This document shows positions 9,201 through 17,775 of a stretch of DNA of 43,503 bases, one piece after another. Source of the DNA: an uncultured bacterium (GTDB lineage Bacteria; Macinerneyibacteriota; Macinerneyibacteria; Macinerneyibacteriales; DSCS01). Location: positions 1 through 43,503 of the forward strand of contig CAZJQC010000012.1 in NCBI GenBank assembly GCA_964548195.1, in the 5' to 3' direction. The stretch's first letter is position 1; each line of letters opens with the position of its first letter. The notes under the pieces are model-generated. The model did no database searches and had not been told where the DNA came from. It saw only the letters and a list, made by a program, of their open reading frames with translations. A program made the position numbers and the translations under genes.

Positions 9201-10350
9201 GTTCATAGACTTTGAGGACGCCCTGCTGGCTTATAATTACGTGGACAGGGGCAAAGTGAACATATGGATACCATTTGCGCCGGTAATACCCGAAGACGAC
9301 CTTATATTGATGCGGCTTGATCCGGGTGTCGAGATAGGGGAGGTCTTCGCCCTTCATGACGTGCTGTTTAATCCGGATTACGCCTTATTGGAGGAAGACC
9401 ATGTGCTTATGCCGGGGCTTGATTTCACCCGGTTCAATTTTCTTACTCAGGCGCCGGCCGGGGTATATACGGCCACGTTCGAGTTCTGGCGGGCAGGCAC
9501 CCGTATCGATGCGGTCTCCCCCGCTCTGGATATCGATGTAAGCCTCTTCCCTCCGGGGGCTGTCTCTCCTGTAAGCGGATTTGAGATAGAAAATACCGGA
9601 GAAAACGACATAAAGGCTTTGATCAGGGCGACAGACGATGACACTGTGTCGATGGTGTTTTCAGCGAGCGTGCCTTCCGGACTTTTTATCAGCCGGGAGA
9701 GCGCGGGAGAAAATACGGCCATATTCAGGAAGATAACCGCGGGAAATTATGAGTTTATAGGCGTCTCAAGAGGCGCCGTCACGGGAACGGGGGAATACAC
9801 CGTGCTGTCGGACGACACGCCTCCGGAGATATACAGCGTGACGTACGAGCGCGGCAATATTGAGATACGGGCCGGAGACGACCTTTCCGGCATTGAGGGT
9901 TTCACTATTGTGGACGCATCAGGCAACGCGCATCATTCGGATGACGGCCATTTTCTCGGGGATTTTCTTTCCGAGGGGGCCAATGACGTCACCTGCATAG
10001 TCAGTGACATGCTGGGCAATGAGACTGTACTGGAAAGGGTGCTGACCGTAGGCATCGTCAACCCGCTCTTGTCCGGTTCATCCGGGATATACAACTACCC
10101 CAATCCGTTTAACCCGTCCACGAGAATAGAGGTGCATGTGGAAAAGGATTCCCGCTGCACGCTGGAGATATTCGACATGAGACGCAGGCTTGTCAAACGC
10201 CTGTTCAGCGGTTTTCTGGAATCCGGCATCAGAGGCTTTGACTGGGACGGCAGGGACGGCCACGGCCGAGTCTGCCCCAGCGGCGTGTATTATGCCGTAT
10301 TCGATGACGGGACCGGCAGAATAACACATAAACTAACACTGATTAAGTAG
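6235..10350 (+). CDS. Large secreted acidic protein with FG-GAP repeats, Ig-like repeats and a C-terminal FlgD-Ig/T9SS-type-A-like sorting domain
   Basis: Signal peptide; DxDxDG motifs (GDFNADGIDDIAV, GDINGNNIPDLV, ADIDDDGADDIV, ADLDGDGHNEL); C-terminus YNYPNPFNPST..WDGRD..G...SGVYY..KLTLIK. Confidence 0.88.
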   Translation: MKKKFTLLLITALSLLFAAAAQNSVPYNTVNMEKYNSDLLPSITDWHMADFAFIASPSIDPVLPKLSGMFVADFNGGLPDIVFFDRNNNTVLIKYDIAVQPGDYSNLAFSDQYDASFYINDGINEIRDVSVGDFNADGIDDIAVVYHGNEGTVSSRIGILSGAGYPGWSRDMILDGEDFFDHVIFMQKAGMAPDVRNVELLDVDDDNIMDLLIADQGQYDAGTFALGAALYILRGGDWVDGDAEYTLDPADPVTSRAYVAPGTKIVIRRPYNLGISLEEAERFGEHLAFDAGSDILFISDSYRGTGDAGSGIHCLNIFAAGDYIGWTSDVSIDLDPAVFDTAHPAVYGYISQPAGLTLSLYLGNTLQTGDINGNNIPDLVAGEYGNPGNDTTGKFYYFSDIGLSFLSANSSVEADSAAHTVFDTGRIPVTVPGMYIGLESLVADIDDDGADDIVLGDHGAQCMAPLSIAGSFFTGAVYVFFNDSAINLSTTVGLGSIGAADLTIYGEHGSSDLGNGLWTADLDGDGHNELYAAATHFSSAYDDMVGGTGIEYFGKVYGFYMNADGMKYVDDPAYEGDADTWGRAVDPNVSDFQTPLTFKIYWSDRGRINCIPEGMSLALDDASPSGVLDTADTSISWTPETSFDPRSPNIIEWADVYVSANNILLTSNTYDLHYLIADDRTTSEYATQFFTENMTVFNNTRPSVTWDAAAVNGLEISVIGPDTSPYFRITYTDPDGNLPFRTLLWVDLNGDLITDTGEIFNMNDSDPLLTDTAYGKQYDMELSNELFQDIFDAIQSNPSLDPVTIAYRFIFSDIELTDPYADNLSAGNGTYGVSVSLTDADHPLPTDPVRLMFPGPAYPGFESNAVEPDLGVRDEDYEFLIEFFNENNPSLLPDVTKLHIYFYDRDLDEGVELIRDLTETDASDTYTGDGKLYAAVVNFSAAPELLGRDVDTWGSYEFEFSSTDNSYVSMPAFEEGTDYKEINYAMSIMFIDFEDALLAYNYVDRGKVNIWIPFAPVIPEDDLILMRLDPGVEIGEVFALHDVLFNPDYALLEEDHVLMPGLDFTRFNFLTQAPAGVYTATFEFWRAGTRIDAVSPALDIDVSLFPPGAVSPVSGFEIENTGENDIKALIRATDDDTVSMVFSASVPSGLFISRESAGENTAIFRKITAGNYEFIGVSRGAVTGTGEYTVLSDDTPPEIYSVTYERGNIEIRAGDDLSGIEGFTIVDASGNAHHSDDGHFLGDFLSEGANDVTCIVSDMLGNETVLERVLTVGIVNPLLSGSSGIYNYPNPFNPSTRIEVHVEKDSRCTLEIFDMRRRLVKRLFSGFLESGIRGFDWDGRDGHGRVCPSGVYYAVFDDGTGRITHKLTLIK

Positions 10351-10359
10351 GGGGGCATT

Positions 10360-12303
10360 ATGACTAAAGCCAAGACCATATTATTTTTGATGATATTTGC
10401 ATTGGTTTCCGTATGCGCGGCTCAAACGGAATACGGCATGGTTACAAGACTGGACGGCAAACTGTTCAAGGAGGCCGGCGGGCAGACGCGTGAAGTCCGC
10501 GAGGGCGAGCTTGTGTTCATTGATGATCAGCTGCGCACCGGGGAGGGAAGCTATGCCGAGATACGTTTCAGGGGAAAGAACTATCTGATCGATGCGGATA
10601 CGGAGTTCTCCCTGAGACAGATATCGGTGCCGCCCAGGTCGGAGCGCAAGGTCGCGGCGAAGGCCGATTACATAGTCGGCATACTTGAACTGCTTGAGAC
10701 AGCCTCGGTGCTGCCGGTGAAGGCGGGGGATGAGCTGAGGGTAAGCGATGTCGTCCGTACGGGGGAACGGAGTTATGCCGAACTGCTTTACGGAGATAAG
10801 ATACTGGTAAAAGTGGATCAGAACACCACATTGGAGATCAAGGAATTTGAGGAAAAAAGGAAGACCCTGAAACAGCTGATAGGAAAGATATGGGTCAAGG
10901 CGAAAAAACTCGTGGCAGAAAAGTTCGAGGTGGAGACGAGGTTCGGCACGGCTGGAGTGCGCGGCACGCAGTTCGGCGTGTCAGTGGATGGCGCCGAGGG
11001 GCTGGATGTGGATTGCGAGGAGGGGGCTGTATATATGAGAAGCCCTTCCGGCGAAGAGGTGGAGATACCCGCCGGGATGAGATGCGGGATCAGGCCGGAC
11101 GGATCGCTTAAGGACATCGTAAAACGCCCCGAAAGCGGAGGGTTTGATGATTTCGGACCTTCCGGCGACGGTGTCTTTTCCCCCGAAGTGCTCGAGGCGG
11201 TACGTGAACTGCAGAAGCTGGGCAGGGCCGTAAAGGCGGAACCGGGCGAGGATAATATCAGGCTCTTTCTGGCAAAATTTGCCGCTTTGGAGAGGATCAT
11301 AGGGCCGGAAGAGAGGGAGTCGGCGGAATACGGCGACCTGAGCGTGATAAACGACATGTTGACATCATTGCTTGAAAAGATAAAGACATTGATATACGAG
11401 ACCGTCGAACTTGCGGAGACGCTTCTGGCGGAACCCGATGCCGACGGATATGAACTGCTTATGTCAAATCTGACGGAAATAGAACGTATCACCGGCGAAT
11501 ACGGCATTTTGTTCGAGGATGCGGAGTCTTTGACAAAAAAAGCCGAGATGATCAAAGCCAGGCTGGGGCAGTCTCATTCAGACGACCGAGAAGGGGCGAT
11601 CGCCCTGAAGACCGTGGAAGACGAACTTATGAAATGGGAGTCGCTGCTCAGTGTGAGATCATCCGTGGTGGATTTCAAGATGCTCGCTTCGAATATTGAG
11701 AAATTCACACAGCGCAGGCCGGAGCTTTCCGCCCTGATAAGCGGATACATGCGCGGCGCGGATCAGTCCGGCGACGAGGCGGGAAAAAGGTATTGGGAAC
11801 AGGCCGCCAAAAGGGTCGACGGCCTGAAAGACGAGACACTGCGCCTGCAGGAGATCATAAAATATGAAAGCTATGTCTTTAACCGGGTCTCCGCGACCAG
11901 GGACAAACTGTATATATTCAAGACCGAGCTGGAGGCGTTTTCATCCCATACGGATTCAGCATCGTTGTGGATAGAACAGGCGGTAAACGCGGTCACAACG
12001 GGTGTGGACATCGCAGTGTATGCATACGAAGCCAGGACATGGAGCAGACTGGGAAATAAATACGAGGCCCTGAGGTCGGAGATCTCCGATTATGAAAAAC
12101 TGATATCGGATGCCAAACGAAAGGGTATATTCTATACATCGGCCCGTATCTTAAAGGAATATGAAGAGATGCTGAAACTCTCGGGAGGATTTAAAGTGAA
12201 AAAAGGCTGCTGTCTGGTCACCATGAATTTCGGACAGGTGAGGCGCATATTTGTGCTGCTTAAAAGCTTTTTCATGACTTCCGAAGGAAGGAGCCTGCTG
12301 TGA
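10360..12303 (+). CDS. Exported FecR-domain protein (duplicated FecR N-terminal module) with long helical C-terminus
   Basis: Signal peptide; two copies of G..L...D..RTG..SYAE; ETRFGTAGVRGTQF..V; helical C-terminal region of about 370 aa. Confidence 0.82.
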   Translation: MTKAKTILFLMIFALVSVCAAQTEYGMVTRLDGKLFKEAGGQTREVREGELVFIDDQLRTGEGSYAEIRFRGKNYLIDADTEFSLRQISVPPRSERKVAAKADYIVGILELLETASVLPVKAGDELRVSDVVRTGERSYAELLYGDKILVKVDQNTTLEIKEFEEKRKTLKQLIGKIWVKAKKLVAEKFEVETRFGTAGVRGTQFGVSVDGAEGLDVDCEEGAVYMRSPSGEEVEIPAGMRCGIRPDGSLKDIVKRPESGGFDDFGPSGDGVFSPEVLEAVRELQKLGRAVKAEPGEDNIRLFLAKFAALERIIGPEERESAEYGDLSVINDMLTSLLEKIKTLIYETVELAETLLAEPDADGYELLMSNLTEIERITGEYGILFEDAESLTKKAEMIKARLGQSHSDDREGAIALKTVEDELMKWESLLSVRSSVVDFKMLASNIEKFTQRRPELSALISGYMRGADQSGDEAGKRYWEQAAKRVDGLKDETLRLQEIIKYESYVFNRVSATRDKLYIFKTELEAFSSHTDSASLWIEQAVNAVTTGVDIAVYAYEARTWSRLGNKYEALRSEISDYEKLISDAKRKGIFYTSARILKEYEEMLKLSGGFKVKKGCCLVTMNFGQVRRIFVLLKSFFMTSEGRSLL

Positions 12304-13616
12304 AAAGGACATCTGTTATCTTATTGCTGCTTGTGTGCGGTCTTCTTCCGCTGCATGGAGCCGTTACCGGGTATGTGTATCTGGGCGGAGGGTATGACAG
12401 AAGCAGAAGCAACGAGATAGACGGCACGGAAGTCATCGATGATTCCGGTTACGCGGAAGCCACCGTCTCCCTTACATATCAGCGTGAACAGGGCTTCTGG
12501 TCTCTTTTCGGGTATGTGAACAGGGATGATTTCTATTACGAAAAATCAGGCAGGCTGTCTTACGGGCAGTATGACACCTTCATGGGGAATGTCTCCGCGT
12601 ATGTCTCCTATTCGGACCTTGACGATATAACGGAATCTGACAATGACAACGGCAGACTGAGCGCATATGTGCAAAGCGTGAAGTATGTGACGGATGAGGT
12701 CTATATGGGGTTTGACGCGGCGTGGGACCATGTCGATTACCGGGACGAAGCCGCGGGGCTGTATGACTATGATGATCTGTCGGTGTCTGCCAACGCGGGG
12801 CTGGGCGACCTGTATGTCAATCTGAAGGGTACGGACCGGAGCATAGCGGACGGAGAGACTCCGGGATATTTTGAATATTCGGCCGATGTGTACGGTTATT
12901 TCTATCCGGGGGATGCGATAATAAATGTTTCCGCAGGGGCCGATATAAAGAATTACGCTTTTACCACGGCCGATTATGATGATTATTCCCAGAAGGACGT
13001 CTCCCTGAAACTCGGGCATAAACTGGGCGAGTCTTTTGTGCCGTATATATCCGGAGAGTACTCCATGTATGACGAAAAGGACAACCCCGGCGATTACAGG
13101 CAGTGGGAGGCCGGACTCGAAATAGAGATGTTCCGCTACCCTCTCAGTATCAGCGTCAGGACAGGACGCAAGGATTTTGACGAGGAATCGGAAAACAGGC
13201 TCTCATACGGTCTTTATAAACTCGAGGGTTACTGGAATTTCTGGGCGGGACCGTTGTCGCTTTACCTGGGCGACAACTGGGAGCTTCAGAAAATAGACGA
13301 CGTGACAGCCACGGAGTTTCCCGAAGCCAAGAACAGTAATTTTATCAACGATGTGTATGCGGAAGTCTCGCTCGACATATCCAGGACATTGTCGTTCGGA
13401 GTGGACCTTTCCTATCAGTGGCGGGAGTTCTTCATAGAAGACGAGATGAACGCGAACTACACACAGTTTGTAACGGGCATAGAGATCGATTATAATCTGT
13501 TTTTCAGGTATGTGTGGAATATCAAGGCTGAGGTGGCTGACACCAGGTATGAGACATATACGGAGAATGACGGGAAAAAATATTCTCTGAAAAGCATGTT
13601 GCAGTATTCTTTCTGA
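12300..13616 (+). CDS. Putative outer-membrane beta-barrel protein
   Basis: Signal peptide, Tyr/Asp-rich alternating beta-strand pattern, C-terminal beta-signal LQYSF; GTGA overlap with the upstream gene. Confidence 0.8.
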   Translation: MKRTSVILLLLVCGLLPLHGAVTGYVYLGGGYDRSRSNEIDGTEVIDDSGYAEATVSLTYQREQGFWSLFGYVNRDDFYYEKSGRLSYGQYDTFMGNVSAYVSYSDLDDITESDNDNGRLSAYVQSVKYVTDEVYMGFDAAWDHVDYRDEAAGLYDYDDLSVSANAGLGDLYVNLKGTDRSIADGETPGYFEYSADVYGYFYPGDAIINVSAGADIKNYAFTTADYDDYSQKDVSLKLGHKLGESFVPYISGEYSMYDEKDNPGDYRQWEAGLEIEMFRYPLSISVRTGRKDFDEESENRLSYGLYKLEGYWNFWAGPLSLYLGDNWELQKIDDVTATEFPEAKNSNFINDVYAEVSLDISRTLSFGVDLSYQWREFFIEDEMNANYTQFVTGIEIDYNLFFRYVWNIKAEVADTRYETYTENDGKKYSLKSMLQYSF

Positions 13617-13629
13617 CACGGGCTTATGC

Positions 13630-13659
13630 CGGCGGGCGCGGGGACGCCCGCCGTTTTTT
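13630..13659 (+). terminator. Rho-independent terminator closing the envelope operon
   Basis: CGGCGGGCG-cgggga-CGCCCGCCG followed by TTTTTT. Confidence 0.85.
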
Positions 13660-13699
13660 CTTTACTTTAGCCAGCCGTCATCTATAATCCCACGGTCCC

Positions 13700-16600
13700 A
13701 TGGAAAAAAAAACCGTCTTCTTTTATTTTCATTCTCTGTTCAATACAAAGGACTCCGTATATCATATGGGGTACGTATGCGATGACGACTCGGCTGAGAC
13801 GGCCGTAAGGCCCAAAATAACACTGACGCCGCTGCATGAGCGCATTGCCGGAATATTGAAGGAAGACCTTGAGCGGGAAAAGCCGTTTGATGCGGTGTGG
13901 CGGTCTATCAAAAAAAAATATCCCTCCGGATTGTATGAATATACGGCATGGTCATGCCCCGCCGGCGTAAGCGAAGTGGGCGATTTTAAATACCGCGCTG
14001 CGATAGTGTTCCCGGAAGGGGCCGCCGGGCCGAAGGATGCCGCTGAGACAAGAGGGCTTTATCTCAAGACGGCGCAGCGTTATGAGGAATGGAAAAAGGA
14101 GAACGGAGGACAGCTGATCCCGGCGCCGGGCTCAGCCGCCGCGACGGCTTCGTGCCTTGCCGGCAGAGAGGCGCTACCCGGATCGGAAGGTTTTTTCGGC
14201 GAAGGAGGCCGCCTGTCGGAAACGAAAGGGTTTTCAGTAAGAGAAGGGCAGCGCACATTGGCCGCTGATGTGGAAAACGCCATCGAAAGAGGCGGCGTCC
14301 TTCTTGCAAACGCGCCGACCGGCATCGGCAAGACCATGGCATATTTATTCAATACGGTGAAAGCCGCTGAACAGGGGAAGCGCGTACTTATATCGACGCA
14401 TACAAAAAAACTGCAGGACCAGATACGGTTCAAGGACATCCCCGCCCTTGAAGGCATCATAAAACGTCCGGTCCCCCATACCGTGCTGAAAGGCAAGGAC
14501 AATTACGTGTGCATGCTGAACACGGTCTCTTTTGTGAAAGACCCGTCGTCGTCGGAAGTGCTGCGGGACCTGGTAAGAGAATACGTGTTCAACAGGGGTG
14601 TCACGGAATCCGACGAACTGCCTGTGCCGGCGGGAATAAGGGGACAGCTTTCGCCGTCTCTCTGCGCGGGAAAAGCCTGTCCCTATTATGATGTATGCGC
14701 CTATTATACCGCCATAAAGCTGGCCAAACTCTCGCCCGTGGTGATCATCAACCACGCCATACTGATCAATGAGCTGAAGAGAGGCCGCCTGGGTGAGTTT
14801 CAGGTACTGATAGCAGATGAGGCACATCACCTTGAGCATATAATAACGGAAAGCCTTGGCGGGGAACTCTCCTCGTCTCAGTTTGATTTTTTGAAAGTCC
14901 GCGGGAATCCCGGGAGGCGCCTATGTTCTGAGTGGAAAAAGACTTTCCCTTCACTCGAGACGGCCTCGCGGCAGGAAGGGATGAAGCTGCTGGAATACTG
15001 CGACGCCGCCGCCGAAAACATCAACGACGAGGAGGAAAAATACTTCCTGGAAGAGAAGGCCGCGGTCATAAAGAGGTATTTTCTTTACAGGGAATCCTAT
15101 CACGTGGAGCGCATCTGGCGGGAAAGCGGCGAAATGTTCCGTCTGTATCCCTATTCCATATCCTCCTGGGTCAGGACTTCGGTCTGGAACCGCTTTCCCT
15201 CCGTGATATTCATGTCCGGCACGCTTTTCATGGACGAGGGAGTCATGAAGGATATGTTTAAGACGATAATGGGGGTGCCGGAAGACCAAAGGTTCGTCTT
15301 CAGATACCTTGAGCCGTCGTATGATTATGCGAACAATGTAAGATTTTTCGTGCCGTCCGATTTCCCGGAATATGATTTCGCCGAAAAGCAACATTATCTG
15401 GAAGCGGTCATCATGTTTCTGAAAGAATATATAGTCAGGACGGAAGGACGATGTCTGGTGCTTTTCACATCGCATGAGGATATGAACACGGTATCCGGCG
15501 CCATGGAGCCATTTTTCAAGGAAAACGGCATCATGCTGTATGTGAACAGTTTTGACAATGACGTCGTAAGAGAGAACCCCCTTTATGCCGTTTTCGGCAC
15601 GTATTCCCTGTGGGAAGGCATAGATATTGAAGACGACCTGCTCAGGACTGTCGTGATGATAAAATCACCCTTCATGTCTCCGGATGACGGATATTTCAGA
15701 TCAAAGAGCAAAGAGCTTGGCGAAAAGATGTATTATCTCTTCTATATGAACAACGCGGCTGTGAAGTTCCGCCAGGGTTTTGGACGGCTGATACGCTCGG
15801 CGTCCGGCAGAGGCGTCTTTGTCTTCCTTGACAACAGGCTTTCCAAAAGAAGCTATAATAAGTTCTTTTTAAGGTCCATATCTGAAGACATGGGTTTTTC
15901 ACTTGTGCCTGTACGGGAGATATTCAACCGGGCGGAAGTGTTTCTCTTCAGCAGGACGGACATGATCACGGGGATCTCAGGCGTCAAATCCGATTATAAG
16001 TTCCTGGACCACCGCCAGGTCTATATCGCGAGGGACGGTGAACGGGGGGTTAAGATCATAAGGGGGGCGGCCGGCACCGGAAAGACCGTCATACTGATAC
16101 ACAGGCTGAAATACCTTCTGATGAAATTTCCCCATGTCAGAAACATACTTTTTGTGACGTTCAACGCGTCGCTTGCGAACTATATAAAGAATATTTTAAG
16201 GATAGAGGGCATCACCGAGAAAAAAGGGGCTGTGAAGGTATGTTATCTTTATGAGCTGTGCAGGGATGCCGGTTTTGAGAAGAAGCCGGGGTCATTTGAT
16301 GATTTTTACAGCAGTGTGCTTGCTGAGATGAGGCAAAAAGACTGGGCTGGGCAGCAATACGACGCCGTGTTCATAGACGAGGGACAGGATTTCGATGAGA
16401 CAAAACTTGAGATCGTATTGTCGATGGCCGACCGCGAGAAGGCGGACCTGACGGTGGCCATAGACCACAGACAGGAGCTGTACAAACGGGATTTTGGAAG
16501 ATTCTTCAAAAACAGGGCTGTAAAAGAGTATTTTCTGGAGACTTCTTACAGAAGCAGCCGGCCGGTCACGGACCTGGCCTCGCTCTTTGTCAGGGACCTT

Positions 16601-17086
16601 TTCACTCCCGGCCCGGAAAAGATCTTCAGACAAGGGATACAGCCGGTCTTTGAACGATTTTCAGACAGGGAATCCCTTATGAACGGCTTGGTTAACGGGA
16701 CAAGGCTTTATATGGAGCGATTCGGTTACGAAAGCCATGACATACTGATAACGTATCCCAAAAGGCGTGTTTACGGCTGTGCGAACGTATCCGAGGAGAT
16801 CGCGCGGGCGCTGGGAGAGGCGGGCATCGGTTCAATGGATATCTCATCCATGAGGAATAAAAGCACATACAGGCTGCTGGACGGCAAGGTGAAGCTGTCC
16901 ACCATACACTCTGCCAAGGGTCTTGAGTTCCGCGGCGTCATAGTCATCGGGCTTGACGAGAGCCCCGCCACGAATTCCGGCTCCAGGATGGCGTATGTGG
17001 CGGTCACCCGCGCTTCGGATGCGGTACGCGTGCTGTACACCGCAGATTCGGGACTGATACAAAGGCTGGGTCTTGAAAAGAGATGA
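13700..17086 (+). CDS. Fusion of degenerate DEDDh exonuclease-like domain, DinG-family SF2 helicase and SF1 (UvrD-like) helicase
   Basis: DinG motifs APTGIGKT, KGKDNYVC..C....C.....C, DEAHH, SGTL, WEGID, QGFGRLIR; then a second set GAAGTGKT, DEGQD, SYRS, TIHSAKGLEF, YVAVTRA. Confidence 0.88.
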   Translation: MEKKTVFFYFHSLFNTKDSVYHMGYVCDDDSAETAVRPKITLTPLHERIAGILKEDLEREKPFDAVWRSIKKKYPSGLYEYTAWSCPAGVSEVGDFKYRAAIVFPEGAAGPKDAAETRGLYLKTAQRYEEWKKENGGQLIPAPGSAAATASCLAGREALPGSEGFFGEGGRLSETKGFSVREGQRTLAADVENAIERGGVLLANAPTGIGKTMAYLFNTVKAAEQGKRVLISTHTKKLQDQIRFKDIPALEGIIKRPVPHTVLKGKDNYVCMLNTVSFVKDPSSSEVLRDLVREYVFNRGVTESDELPVPAGIRGQLSPSLCAGKACPYYDVCAYYTAIKLAKLSPVVIINHAILINELKRGRLGEFQVLIADEAHHLEHIITESLGGELSSSQFDFLKVRGNPGRRLCSEWKKTFPSLETASRQEGMKLLEYCDAAAENINDEEEKYFLEEKAAVIKRYFLYRESYHVERIWRESGEMFRLYPYSISSWVRTSVWNRFPSVIFMSGTLFMDEGVMKDMFKTIMGVPEDQRFVFRYLEPSYDYANNVRFFVPSDFPEYDFAEKQHYLEAVIMFLKEYIVRTEGRCLVLFTSHEDMNTVSGAMEPFFKENGIMLYVNSFDNDVVRENPLYAVFGTYSLWEGIDIEDDLLRTVVMIKSPFMSPDDGYFRSKSKELGEKMYYLFYMNNAAVKFRQGFGRLIRSASGRGVFVFLDNRLSKRSYNKFFLRSISEDMGFSLVPVREIFNRAEVFLFSRTDMITGISGVKSDYKFLDHRQVYIARDGERGVKIIRGAAGTGKTVILIHRLKYLLMKFPHVRNILFVTFNASLANYIKNILRIEGITEKKGAVKVCYLYELCRDAGFEKKPGSFDDFYSSVLAEMRQKDWAGQQYDAVFIDEGQDFDETKLEIVLSMADREKADLTVAIDHRQELYKRDFGRFFKNRAVKEYFLETSYRSSRPVTDLASLFVRDLFTPGPEKIFRQGIQPVFERFSDRESLMNGLVNGTRLYMERFGYESHDILITYPKRRVYGCANVSEEIARALGEAGIGSMDISSMRNKSTYRLLDGKVKLSTIHSAKGLEFRGVIVIGLDESPATNSGSRMAYVAVTRASDAVRVLYTADSGLIQRLGLEKR

Positions 17087-17149
17087 TACATCGATACATC
17101 GTAATTTATAGATATAACGCTTAAAAGTTTAAAATTATTAAAAAAGATG

Positions 17150-17199
17150 TTGATTTTAACTCACTAATCAGTATAGTGATTTCGTGAACAATATAACTC
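17150..17199 (+). promoter_or_regulatory. Putative promoter plus Rex-like operator for hydrogenase operon 1
   Basis: TTGATT-N16-TATAGT (17150-17177), then TCGTGAA-CAAT-ATAACTC (17182-17199), resembling the Rex consensus TTGTGAA-N4-TTCACAA. Confidence 0.5.
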
Positions 17200-17263
17200 T
17201 GCTTAAGTTAGCCGAGAGTAACATTATAGTGATTGATGTGATATATCGGAAGGAGGATTTTTT

Positions 17264-17758
17264 ATGGAATCGTTGAAGATTCATATCCCCGACAATGAGC
17301 AGTATAGAGAGCTTGGGACCTATATTGAGTCGGTCGGAGATATGCCGGGGCCTTTGATCAATGTGCTTCACAAGGCTCAGGGGATATTTGGGTATCTCCC
17401 AATGGAAGTTCAGACATTCATCTCGCAAAGACTTGACATTCCGTTGAGCACGGTGTACGGGGTGGTCACCTTTTACAATTTTTTCAGTATGACTCCGCGG
17501 GGAAAGTATGTGGTCAATATATGCATGGGCACAGCCTGTTATGTCAAGGGCGCGGCGCAGGTCGTCGATTATTTCAAAGACGGTCTGGGCATAGAAGAGG
17601 GCGAGACCACGGAAGACAATATGTTCACACTGACCACGGCAAGATGTTTCGGAGCCTGCGGACTGGCGCCGGTGCTCATGGTGAATGAGGATGTTTACGG
17701 GCATGTTGACAGGAAAAAGGTGGCTGAGATCATTAACAAATATAAGGATATCGGTTAA
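17264..17758 (+). CDS. hndA: NuoE-like [2Fe-2S] hydrogenase subunit (HydC/HndA), copy 1
   Basis: LINVLHKAQ.IFGYLP, GVVTFY.FF, CMGTAC..CFGACGLAP. Confidence 0.9.
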   Translation: MESLKIHIPDNEQYRELGTYIESVGDMPGPLINVLHKAQGIFGYLPMEVQTFISQRLDIPLSTVYGVVTFYNFFSMTPRGKYVVNICMGTACYVKGAAQVVDYFKDGLGIEEGETTEDNMFTLTTARCFGACGLAPVLMVNEDVYGHVDRKKVAEIINKYKDIG

Positions 17759-17775
17759 CAGGTAGGAGGATTCTT

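Noticed and set aside
13700..17086. Type IV CRISPR-associated DinG or a defence island
   Set aside because: No cas genes, repeat-spacer array or neighbouring defence/mobile genes are visible; a defence role remains untested speculation.
17103..17120. Second possible Rex site upstream of hydrogenase operon 1 (AATTTAT-AGAT-ATAACGC)
   Set aside because: Only one half-site matches, and the region is very AT-rich.
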